Shown here in pieces: positions 37,951 through 48,900 of a stretch of 64,000 nucleotides of DNA (its first letter is position 1; every line of letters starts with the position of its first letter). Under the pieces are notes generated by a model. That model was not told where the DNA came from. It did no database searches and saw only the letters and a program-made list of their open reading frames with translations. The DNA is taken from the NCBI GenBank assembly GCA_030324005.1, contig JARDVH010000115.1, positions 12,423,605-12,487,604 of the forward strand, written 5' to 3'. This DNA comes from Negaprion brevirostris. Lineage: Eukaryota. Made by a program: the position numbers and the translations under genes.

Positions 37951-40049
37951 AAAGCTAACGATAGAGATCCAAAAGAGATGCAAGGATCCATATACAACAA
38001 CAGGTAAAGAAATAAACAAAAAGACTAAAGGAGTGTTGATCTTTGTATGTAGAGAACTGGAAGACAGTGAGGTAGAAGACAATTAGAGCTATATAGAGCC
38101 TGGTTACACCCCACCTGGGGTGCTGTGAGCTGTTCTGAACATCATACCTTAGAGAGATTCACTGGCCTTGGAGGATTGCCTTGTAGATTTTCCAAAAGGA
38201 TATCTGGATTCCAATTACAAGATTGCACCAATTAGGATTTATTCCCTGGAATTTATAAGGGGCGATTTAATCAAAGTGTTCAAGGGGAATAGACTGGATA
38301 GATAGAAACAACTTGAGGGTGAAAAATAGCACAGGCCTTTGCCAATGTTCCTACAGCAAGATTTTTGAGCTTAAGCAACTGAAGTCCTTTAAAGGCAGTA
38401 ATTGTAATCTTCCTTTTGACCTTTGTTAAGGCTGCTTAGAAATAGCTTAATCTTGCATGTTAAAAAAACCTGCATTTGCTTGAAGCAGCAGGGGGCACTA
38501 CACACTAAACAAATCACGTACACCACACGTGAGTTTTTCTTTTCCTGAGGCTCAAATCAAAAGGTTTGGCAATATTGCTGTTTTATAGGAATGTTGACAT
38601 GTTAACTGAGTTAATGAAAGCACAGTTTTTCAATGTCATTAATTGACTTTTTTTAAAGTCATAGTGTACAGCACAGGAGGTCATTCAGCCCATCATATGA
38701 GATGCCTCTCTACAGGAGCCAGTCTCAATCCCCCCCACCTTTTCCCCATGGTCCTGCAAGTTTCTCTCCAACTCCTTATCTAACTACCTTTGAAAGCTAT
38801 AATTGAATCAGCTTCTATCTCACACTGTAGATCCTAATTACTCATTCTATCAAAGAAGTTTTGGCTGCGCTGATTTGTGCTGCACATCTGCAAAGCAGTG
38901 CCAGTCACAGAAAGAGACAGACTTTCTTCAATGCAGTTGGTGTCTCATTTACAGCTCAGTGTAAATTAAGTTTTGCAATGCAATCTAATTTATTCCTAAT
39001 AACGCGTTTCAAACAGTATCTTGTCAGGTTTGACTGTTCATTTGCCCTCTATTATTAAAATTCTCATCAAAAATACAACAGATGTTACCAAAAACAATTT
39101 GCGAAGGATCAAAATGTTTGTGCTTAATCCATCTTGCATTATATATTGTCATTTACTATTTTCTACAAATTAATGCATTCTTCAGAACTGGGCTCCTCCA
39201 GAAGTTACTCTTCATGGTTCATTATTCTTGTAGAGGCAACTTCTGCCTTTATTGACAATTGTGTGGTGATTGATATTTTAATTAAAATATCAAATTAAAA
39301 ATTCATTGTCTCAAGCCTCACAATGGGCAATGACTCTGGGCTTAAATTATCTAATGAGCTAGTCAGGCTGGGTAGGAATTTGCATGCTGATGCCCCTGCT
39401 GCTAAAAGAGGTGTTAGGATCAGTTGCACATTTGGCATGGCTACAATGCAGGCCAACTGCAAATGCATAACAGTTCCCAATGCCTTGCCAGTTGGTGACA
39501 GCAGTTAAGTTGAAAGATTTTCATGTCACCATTAGTTCTTTTGCAACCACCAGTTTGTGTCCTCTAGTCCCTGATCTTATTGGGACTGGGAACAGTTCCT
39601 ATCAGCCTTCTCCAAGGAGAACAACCTCAGCTTCTCCAATCCACTGATGTAACTGAAGACCCTTATCCCTGGAATCACTTAAGAATCTCTTCTGCACTTT
39701 CTCCAAAGCCTTCACATCCTTCCTAAAGTGTGATGTCCAAAATTGAGTTGAGATCAAACAAATACTTCTGTTGTGATTGCTTTATAAAAGATAGTTTTAT
39801 AAGACATTGTTTCAGGACTGTCTATTTAATACAAAATGAAAAAGAAGGGTTATGTGATCTGCTACAAATTCACCCAACAAGCTTGGTTACCATGGCAACA
39901 GGCTGAGAGCAAGATGCAAAATCTTCACACCTGAAGACAAAGGAAAGAATAGCTGGGCTAACTGGACATTCTTTGTTTTTCTTTTGGGCAGAGATCTCAG
40001 ACACAAAAGGTGCATCTTATGTGGGCAGCACAGGAGTTTGCAGCCTATC

Positions 40050-41070
40050 AGGCTGTCTTATGACTTGTATCTGCTGGAGTTTAGAAGGGTAAGAGGTGAC
40101 TTGATTGAAACATATAATCTTAGGGGACACGACCAGTGGAAATGGAAAGGATGTTTCCACTTATGGGAGAACCTAGAAACGGGGGTTACAGTTAAAATTT
40201 TAGAATAAGATGTTGCCCATTTAGGACAGGTGATTTTTTTCCCACTAGATGGTTGAATGTCTTTGGAACTCTTCCTCATAGGACAGTGAAAGCAGAGTCA
40301 AACTCAGAGATTTACAGCATGGAAACAGGCCCCTTTGGCCCCTTGTCCTTGCTGCCCTTTTGTTTTAAGGCTCCTAAGCTAGTCCCAGTTGCCCTCATTT
40401 GGCCCATATCCCTCTACACACATTGTACCCAGGTAACTATCCATCCAAATGCTTTTTAAAAGATAAAATTGTACCTGCCTCTACTACTGCCTCTGGCAGC
40501 TTGTTCCAGACACTCAGCACCCTGTGAAAAAATTGCCTCTCTGGACCCTTTTGTATCTCTCCCCTCTCACCTTAAACCTATGCCCTCTAGTTTTAGATTC
40601 CCCTACCTTTGGGAAAAGNNNNNNNNNNNNNNNNNNNNNNNNNNNNNNNNNNNNNNNNNNNNNNNNNNNNNNNNNNNNNNNNNNNNNNNNNNNNNNNNNN
40701 NNNNNNNNNNNNNNNNNNNNNNNNNNNNNNNNNNNNNNNNNNNNNNNNNNNNNNNNNNNNNNNNNNNNNATAATATCCTTTCTATAATAGTGACCAGAAC
40801 TGTACACAGTATTCCAAGCGTGGCCTTATCAATGTCTTGTACAACTTCAACAAGACGTCCCAAGTCCAGTATTCAATAGAGACCCAGAGTCTTCGGATAT
40901 TTTTAAGACAGGTAGACAGATTGTTGATAAACATGTGGGTAAAAGATCAGCAGGAGTAGGTAGGAATGTGGAGTTGAGCTTAAAGATGTCAGCCATGACC
41001 TTATTAAATGGCAGAGCAGTGTCAAAGGGTGGCCTTCTCTTGCTCCAAATTTGTACCTCCGCATGTGACA
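40050..41070 (+). mobile_element. CR1 3' fragment (+) interrupted by an oppositely oriented, less decayed CR1 3' end (~40300-40870, -)
   Basis: ORF pieces LEFRRVRGDLIETY (+) and LFPKVGESKTRGHRFKVRGERYKRVQRGNFFT (-); the + copy resumes at gcagagtc/cagagtc after the insert. Confidence 0.75.
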
Positions 41071-41329
41071 AAAGATTCTGCTATGGTGGGGAAAAGAAAT
41101 CACTAGAACAGACTTGCTGTGTGGCATTGGTTTAGGGCCTCGCTAGAAGCCGAGGAAGGTGCCTTTTGATAGTTATTCAATGTTATAACTTGGTGAACTG
41201 GGGTGACAGAAACCCATGTAAACTGGGAGTGATGTTGGACTGGTTACTGTGAAATCTGCAATTCTATGCAGAGTGAGCACTGGATTTTCAGTCATGTTAA
41301 TAAGTTACAGGGATATCATATTTCTTGAC

Positions 41330-43250
41330 TGGTTTGTCAAGAGTCTTAAAACTTCATTATTGCTTCCATGTTGGTTTGCTCTACTTATATAACCCAGAAT
41401 TTCAAATGCTTTTTAAATCCATTTCTCAACCTGCCCTGCCACTTTCAACAAATTTCTGCTTGTACTTTTCTGTCCTGTATTCCTCCTTAGAATTGTATCC
41501 TTTATTTTATATTGTCTCTACTCATTCACCTCAGCAAATACATCACCTCACACTTCTCAGCAGTTTCATCAGCCACCTATTCCATTAGCCTACGATGTCC
41601 TGTCTGTCAGAATAGTCTGCACAGTTCATATTACTTCTGTCATCTTAAAGATCCTTAACTTACATCAACAGAAGCAGGGGCTCACTACTATTCCCTGGAG
41701 TGCCTCTATATACCTTCTCCATAGGCCAAAAGACAACTGTTCATCATTACTGTTCCTGTCACTCAGCTAACCTAGTATCCATGCATTCATTTATCCTTTT
41801 AGTCCACAAGTCTACCATGTGGCACTTTAGCAACTTTGGGAAGTCCACATACATTATAACTGCACTGCCTTTGTCAATCCCCTTTAATATATCCACGCTG
41901 AATGTCCTTAATTAATCCAAACTTGTCCAAGAAACTTAACTGTGTCACATCATTTCTAAAAACTTGTCCACCATAGTGGTTAAACTGACTGACCTGTAGT
42001 TGGAGTTTATCCATGCACACTTTTTTGAACAAGAAATGGAACATTTGCAACTCTCTAGTCCTTGGCACCATGAGGTGGTAGAATTCCTGCCATGGTGTCA
42101 GAAGCTTTGGTGAGGACAAAGTCAGATACAGATTTATATACTTGAGTACAACTATAAGAAAAAGGACCACCAAAGACCTATCAGTTTAACATCCACTCTG
42201 AGGAAGCTGACAAAGAGCCAGAATGGATCTGTAATAGGGTAGGTCATGTCTGAAAAATTTATCTCAATGGCCCTGAATTAAGGAGGCCAAAAATCAATGA
42301 CGTTTTCCTTGCCTTATATCGCTTACGATTCCTACTGGAAAGTGGTTATGTGTAACGGCTTTCATGGTAAAATAGCCTGCTGCTACTCAATCATGATGCA
42401 CAAATAAATAACGGTCACTTGGTGCCTGTAGAACTGTTTCCTAATGAGAGGTTAATACCTTCAAGAGGAGAGAGAAGTGTCAAGAAAATAAATATAATTT
42501 TACATCATGTACAAGTTAATCTATTTGTCTCACATGTAAAGTGCCAAGCTTGAAAGCACATATCGCACCTACAAAAGTGTGAAGTCATTCACTTTGGTAG
42601 GAAGAATGCAGAAAATATAAAGGGTACAATTCTAAACAGGTGCAGGAGATATAGGTATTGAAAGTAGGTGGACAGGTTAAGATATGCTTTGTTAAGCATT
42701 TTACCTGTTTTGTTAACAGGAGCAGAGTACAAACACAAGAAGTTTATGATAAATGTGTACAGAGTTGGTTCATCCTCAACTGGAGTATTGCATCTAATTT
42801 AGGAAAAACGCAATAGCATTAGAGGGCAGAAAAGATTCACAAGAACGGTTCCAGGGATGGAGTGGAGAAGCTGGGACAGTCTTCCTTGAAGACGTTGCGA
42901 GGAGATTTGGTAGTGCTATTCAAAATCATGGAGGGCCTGGACAAAGTAGAAAGAGAAATAACTTTACATTGGCAGAAGGATTAAAAAAAGGACACAGACT
43001 GGAGGTAATTGGAGACATGAAGAAAATCATTTTCTCAGAGCGAGTGATTAGGATCTGGAAAGCACGATCCAAGAACACATTGGAAGCAGATTCTACCAAG
43101 GTGGTAAAGAGGGAACTGGCTTGTTGTCTGAAAGAGGAGTAAGGTGCAGGGTTACAGAGGTGGTGGTGGAGTGGCAGTAAGCGGATTCTCATTTGGAGAA
43201 GTGACACAGATATGATAGGGTGTATGGCCTCCTGTGCTAAAACAATTCAT
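41330..43250. mobile_element. Cluster of decayed CR1 fragments (41330-42080 on -, 42560-43250 on +)
   Basis: aagtgtgaagtcattcactttggtaggaagaat (KCEVIHFGRKN), caactggagtattg, ggagatttg...ttcaaaatcatg. Confidence 0.6.
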
Positions 43251-44082
43251 AAAATAGGTAAAAACAACTGAGGAGGAATAAGTAGCATCTTTAAAAAAAT
43301 ATATAACAATTTCCTTCGCACCAGTTTACAAGGAGCTGTCGATCTACAAGTAACCAACAACGACAGCAATAACTTTTGTCATCTTAAAGAGACAACTTTA
43401 GCAGCAAAATAATACATTGTGCATTGCATGGTTAACACTCCTGTAATTATAAGATAGCATAAACTTCCAATACATGAGCAAACCATGGGCATTCAGCAAA
43501 CATAATCAAAAGCAGTGAGAGAGGGAGATGTCGTTAGCTCAACAAACACCTATCCACAACTGGGAGGGAGGTAGATTGTCTCTTAACCAAATAGTACCCA
43601 CCAAACTATTTATTGAGTGCAGTGGTATTAACACCTTCTCATTCATGAGTTTTCATTAAGGGGATAACAACTCTCGCAGAACAAGGCAATTGTGAACATT
43701 GCAAGTAATTCTGATACCCAGCAAAAGACAAGGCATACTTTACAGTAATGCAGTGTGAAACTATTGCAGCATATATGACGTTATGGTAAATACTAGGGTA
43801 GAATACAAAGACATGCACAATTACTATAACCAGGCATTAAACTGAATCATTCCCCTTTACAGAAGCCAACAAAACTCCAGAGTACACAGCAGACTTACGT
43901 GAGATTAACATGCCCCAGTTTACTGGACAAGGCTGGGTGGTTCAGCAACACCCAAAACGTAAGCAAAAGATTACAAATGGACAAAAACATGTTGCTGGAT
44001 CCTTTCCTGGCAGTATATAATCTTTAAAAAAAAGCATGACACTTGCTTTCACTTGCACTGAAAAGAAGGGAATGTGAAACTG

Positions 44083-44391
44083 TAAAGATAAAGTCAAACT
44101 TTATTTATTAGTCACAAGTAGGCTTACATTCACATTGTGATGAAGTTACTGTGAAAATCTCCCAGTCGCCACAATCTGACACCTGTTTGGCTACACCAAG
44201 GAAGAATTTAGTATGGCCAATGCACCTAACCAACAAGTCTTTTGGACTCTGGAGGAAAACAGAACACCTGGAGGAAATCCACGCAGACACCGGAGGAACA
44301 TGCAAACTCCACAGACAGTAACCCAAGCCGGGAATCAAACCCAGGTCCCTGGCGCTGTGAGGCAGCAGTGCTAACTAGTGCCACCATGCTG
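44083..44391 (-). mobile_element. tRNA-derived SINE (same family as 16665-16945)
   Basis: A/B-box head, body, and tail cctacttgtgactaataaataaa on - strand. Confidence 0.85.
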
Positions 44392-45850
44392 GTAGTAAAG
44401 GATGGTCACTTGTATTAGTAACAATTATTTTCACCTGTTCAAACAATCCATAAAGAGAATGAGCGAAACCCTGAAAGGAGCAAAGAGAGGTCTAACCACA
44501 AGTTCCCCCACTTACAGCTCTATGAGACTAACTTTTAAATGAGTCAGTACAACAGCAGTCACAATGCAGCCCTTCATTCACTTGTATTTTCATGCTTTTT
44601 GTTAAAAAGTTTCTGAAGGTTATTTGAAAAAAAGTTTGGCAGCAGGGACTGTTGGAGAATTTGCAATCTCATGGGTCAAAGGGTTATCTGACTTGAAAGG
44701 TCAGCTCTTTTCTCTCCTTACAGATACCGCCAGACCTGTTGGGATTTTCCAGCATGTTCCCTTTTGGTTTCAGATTCCAGCATCTGCAGTAACTTTGTTT
44801 TTATCTCATGGGGTATTGCCCAGGAACCTCTTCTCATTCCTGAAGGTCCAAAATGTCTGATCGCTAGCATGCCACCAATCAGAAATTTCCTCATGTGACG
44901 GAAGGGAAAAGATAAGCAATTTCCTAATATACAATTTTGTACAGTTGGAAACCGCTAAGTAATCAAACAATAATTTTTTTTATAAAAAGCACAATTTTTT
45001 TAAAAAGTCCATATGCAAGTGTACTTTCATTTGATGCATAAAATCCCATCACCTTTTCCCACGATAACTTCAAGGGAAAATAGTACAGAAGCCCAAAAGC
45101 AAATGGATGAACTGGGCATGTCTGGATTGAAAGAAAACCATAGTTAAACATTTTTGATACAATTAATGGACACGCTTTAGTATGTGGTTCATCGTCAATC
45201 TACTTATTACCTCATACCCTGGCTGCATTTTTCATATTCAAGGAAGGACAATAGTTTGGAACAGCTGACCATGTCAGTACTGATGTAAAGGTAGGCTCAG
45301 GAGGAGCAGCAAGCCTGGTCAGTTGGGACCAACAGGAAATGGGGAAGGGGGTGGGATGTAGGTTGGCTATTGCTACAGAGAGATTCATCTGAGCAATGAG
45401 GAAAGAGACTAAGAGGTGAAAATGGAAAAAAGTTAAAAAACGGGAAAAAAGGAAGCAATCCCTTTGAGGAAAGGGAGATGCTGTCTGTCGAACAAAGAAC
45501 TACTTAAATTAGCAACAGACATTATTTCCAAGTACATTTCATCACGAAGATGTGTGCATAATTAATGTCAAGGTTAAAGATTTTGTTGAACAGCATCTTG
45601 TTGGCTTTGTGCTACAGAGATATTTTCTTGGTTAGCTGAAGAGACCCATGACCAGCTTTAGTGTTATATTAACTGTCGTAAACACAGCAGGTGGAGTTTC
45701 CAATCTTTGCAGCAAATGGTCATGTTCTGCTGTTGCTCATAGTTGCTGTGATTGGTTGTTAGTGTAAGAGCGTGGATTCCCTGATCTGTTCGGTTCACTC
45801 AGTTCTCCATCCCAGCCGCTGTTGCTAGTCACTAGGTTAGGCAACATGCC

Positions 45851-45967
45851 TCACCGATAACCATTCAGCTTGTTCCAATGTACAGAGCTGAAGAAGGAGT
45901 GAGATTTTATTTCCTGTGCTCCATTTTCCCCTGAACCGAGTCGGCAACAATAATTCCACTGTAATAA
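45851..45967 (-). CDS. RPS6KL1: RPS6KL1 last coding exon ([38 protein letters not shown])
   Basis: ctcccacag acceptor; AGC-kinase RLG...IKSH.FF..W motif; TGA at 45853-45851. Confidence 0.96.
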   Translation of the reverse strand, partial: LLQWNYCCRLGSGENGAQEIKSHSFFSSVHWNKLNGYR

Positions 45968-48900
45968 CTGTGGGAGAAAGAGAGAGATGAAGAAAACCTG
46001 GTTAGACTTGGCATTCATTTGTGCCTGAAATAGGTATAAAGAAAGGTTACAGATACTACTGGGAAATGGACTATTAGCAGAATTGAGTGTTGGCGTTCTA
46101 GGTCTGCTGCAGCATTACATAGTTGTCTTTATTCTCCCAAACTCTTAACGCAAGAAAAGAATCACTTTTTACTGCATCTACTTTCCTCAATTACATTTAG
46201 TTATATTGTGGAGTTCACCTGCTTTCTAGTGATTGCTCTTTGTCTTCCATACACCAATACTTACCAAATTAATTGAATGGACAATCAACTTAAAGTTTAA
46301 CCTTCCAAAACCTATTTTGATTCAGAAGTGTGCAGTTAGGTAGTTAGGTGTATTGGGCATGATAAATTCTCCCTTAGTGTACCCAAAAAGGCACCGGAGT
46401 GAGGCAACTAGGGAATTTTCACAGTAACTTCATTGCAGTGTTAACAAAAGTCTACTTGTGACTAATAAATAAAAACTTTAAAAACTTGAGTGCAGTCAAT
46501 GTTAGCTCAATATCCAAAAACATTCTCTTATGAAGCAAAACTCAGTTCATNNNNNNNNNNTATAACTCAATTTGTATAGCTCAATTCCAATAGTCTTTTC
46601 CTATTTTAGAACTCTAGTGAGACTCTGGTTCAATTTCTAGGCCAGGTAGTCATTTATATTCCAACTAGAGGCACAGGATTCATTTGTTCAGCTTTAACCA
46701 GGGAGTGGTATCCCATTTCATGGTCTGATCACTCTATTTCAAGTATTTCAAATAAAAGATAGATCACAAATTATGCCAAAATCCCCTCAAATTCTGATCA
46801 TAGTAATGCTGACTTCAATTGAGCAAAGTCTCCATGCTTGTCACCAGTCCAGACAAAGATGCTATACAGGTTTGGGATGTAAAAAAAGATAATTATGGAT
46901 ATTATTAGAACCCACACAAGTTTATTATTGCTACTTTCTTCTTGGGAATGCTGTTACTTTATATCAAAAGTATTTGTTTCAGTTCACTTCATGATTACAT
47001 GCCTCAACTTTGGTTAATTTAGTAGCAATTGTTGGTTTAAGCCCTTTCCATTCCAGGTTGAATGACATTTCACTGCATAAGCATGGAGTATTACACCATC
47101 AGGTGCTTCTGTTAGAACAGAGATGTTGAAATGAAATGCTGCTGGGATAGTCTCAAAATATTTCATGATGCTATCTGAAGAGTGAGCTTTTGTGGTGCCA
47201 AGCTTTTTCCTCCAATCAGTGCTACCAAAAACAGAAAATCTCATGTTACTTGTGACAAACTGCCTGATAAAGTGCTACATAAATTGAAATAATCTATTCC
47301 TACAGTATTGGTAGTCTAGATAAACTTAAAACATCACTTTCTTGATCACTAACTCAAATAGACAACCAATGTCCATTCTGAGACAGTCAGGATGTAAACA
47401 GCACAGACAGCTCATTGGTATCCTCACCTGCTGGAGAAGTGACACTGCTGCAGGACTGAGGTGGTCTGGGAGTCGGAGTTGGGTGTGAGGATGGATTCTG
47501 GAGGGGTAGCACTGAGACAGAGCCTGAGACACACAAAGATGCAACAATCAGCAGCACACAGTCTGGGTAAACAGCAGTTTCAATTTTATTTCCTTAGTAG
47601 GGGTACATCTTTTAATAACTGACTCAGTAAAATTTTAAAAATCTATATTAAGACATTAAGATTAAAGGTCGATATTGTGGGGGCTTTGAGGCTTGGGAGT
47701 ATACTAAGAGTGGCTGAAGGATTGGAAATGTATTTTGTTAGAGAAGTCATGCCTCGACGGGGCATATACTCAATGGGATACCTAAGCGATCAATGTCAAG
47801 GATGCCACTGTTTCTAACTCCGATCAAATGACTCATTCATAACTCAACCTACTGCAAATTGGCCAATTTTGCAGATGAGGAGCAATGATACTAAAGAACA
47901 AGTTAAACAAAACATGCAAGCAGATAAAACAAAAGCAGATCACATTTATTGCTTATATTAAAGCATTGCATGCAAGAAGGAAAAAAAAAAACAGCATTTC
48001 AGTATAAATGGATTTTGAATAGATTAAGGTTGAAAGAAACTAGTCTTAGCAGAACTGACATGCTACAAATCCAACCAATGCAGGACAAACAGGATGTCCA
48101 ACTACAAAATCCAAACAAGTTTGAGAAAGTTGTGACCAAACTATGTAGTCAGCCTGCATCACCAGTAACGGACTCAGTCCTGGCCACCAAGATGCAAAGA
48201 ACAGAAGAACTGCAATGGTGAGCAGGAGCATCAGTAGCTTGAGATAGAAGAATAAAGAAGCTTGGTTTTTGAGCCTTGAAAGGTGGCAGAGAGGTGACCT
48301 TATTAGAGGTCAGCAAGATAATTAAGGGGATGGAAAAGGGAAAGACAGAATATGGTATTCAATAAAAATTGAGAGTGTAGAAGGGGGACATTGATTCAGG
48401 CTAGCAAAAGATACAATCTGAGAAATGGTAATAGGGTGTTCTTCACAGAAAGAAGGTAATCAACAAATGGACTGGAGTCAGAGTGCAGGAGATCTAAACC
48501 CTGGGATCATTTAAGGAAAATTTGCAGCAATAGGGTCAGTAGGCATCAATGCACCTACTGTCTCACATACAGCCAGTATAAATCTTCATCACAAAAAAGA
48601 TCAGGATGTCACAAAAGTAACAAGAACAATTACCATCCCAGTTAGAAGTTCGAACAACAAAGCTCCAAGGCTCCACCAGTCACAGGCCTGTGTTACTTCT
48701 CCAACCCCACCAACCTCTGTCAAAAATCAAAAAACAAACAATTAGAAGGGATGTTGATCTTAAATTGATGGAAACATTATGATTTTAGTATTCTACAATG
48801 TTTCTCTTAAACAGTGTAGGGACAATTCTCCTTACACCTTTTTCTTCATCTGGCCGCACATTCTTATCTTGCAGTCAAAGATATTTAAGGCTCTGGGCCA

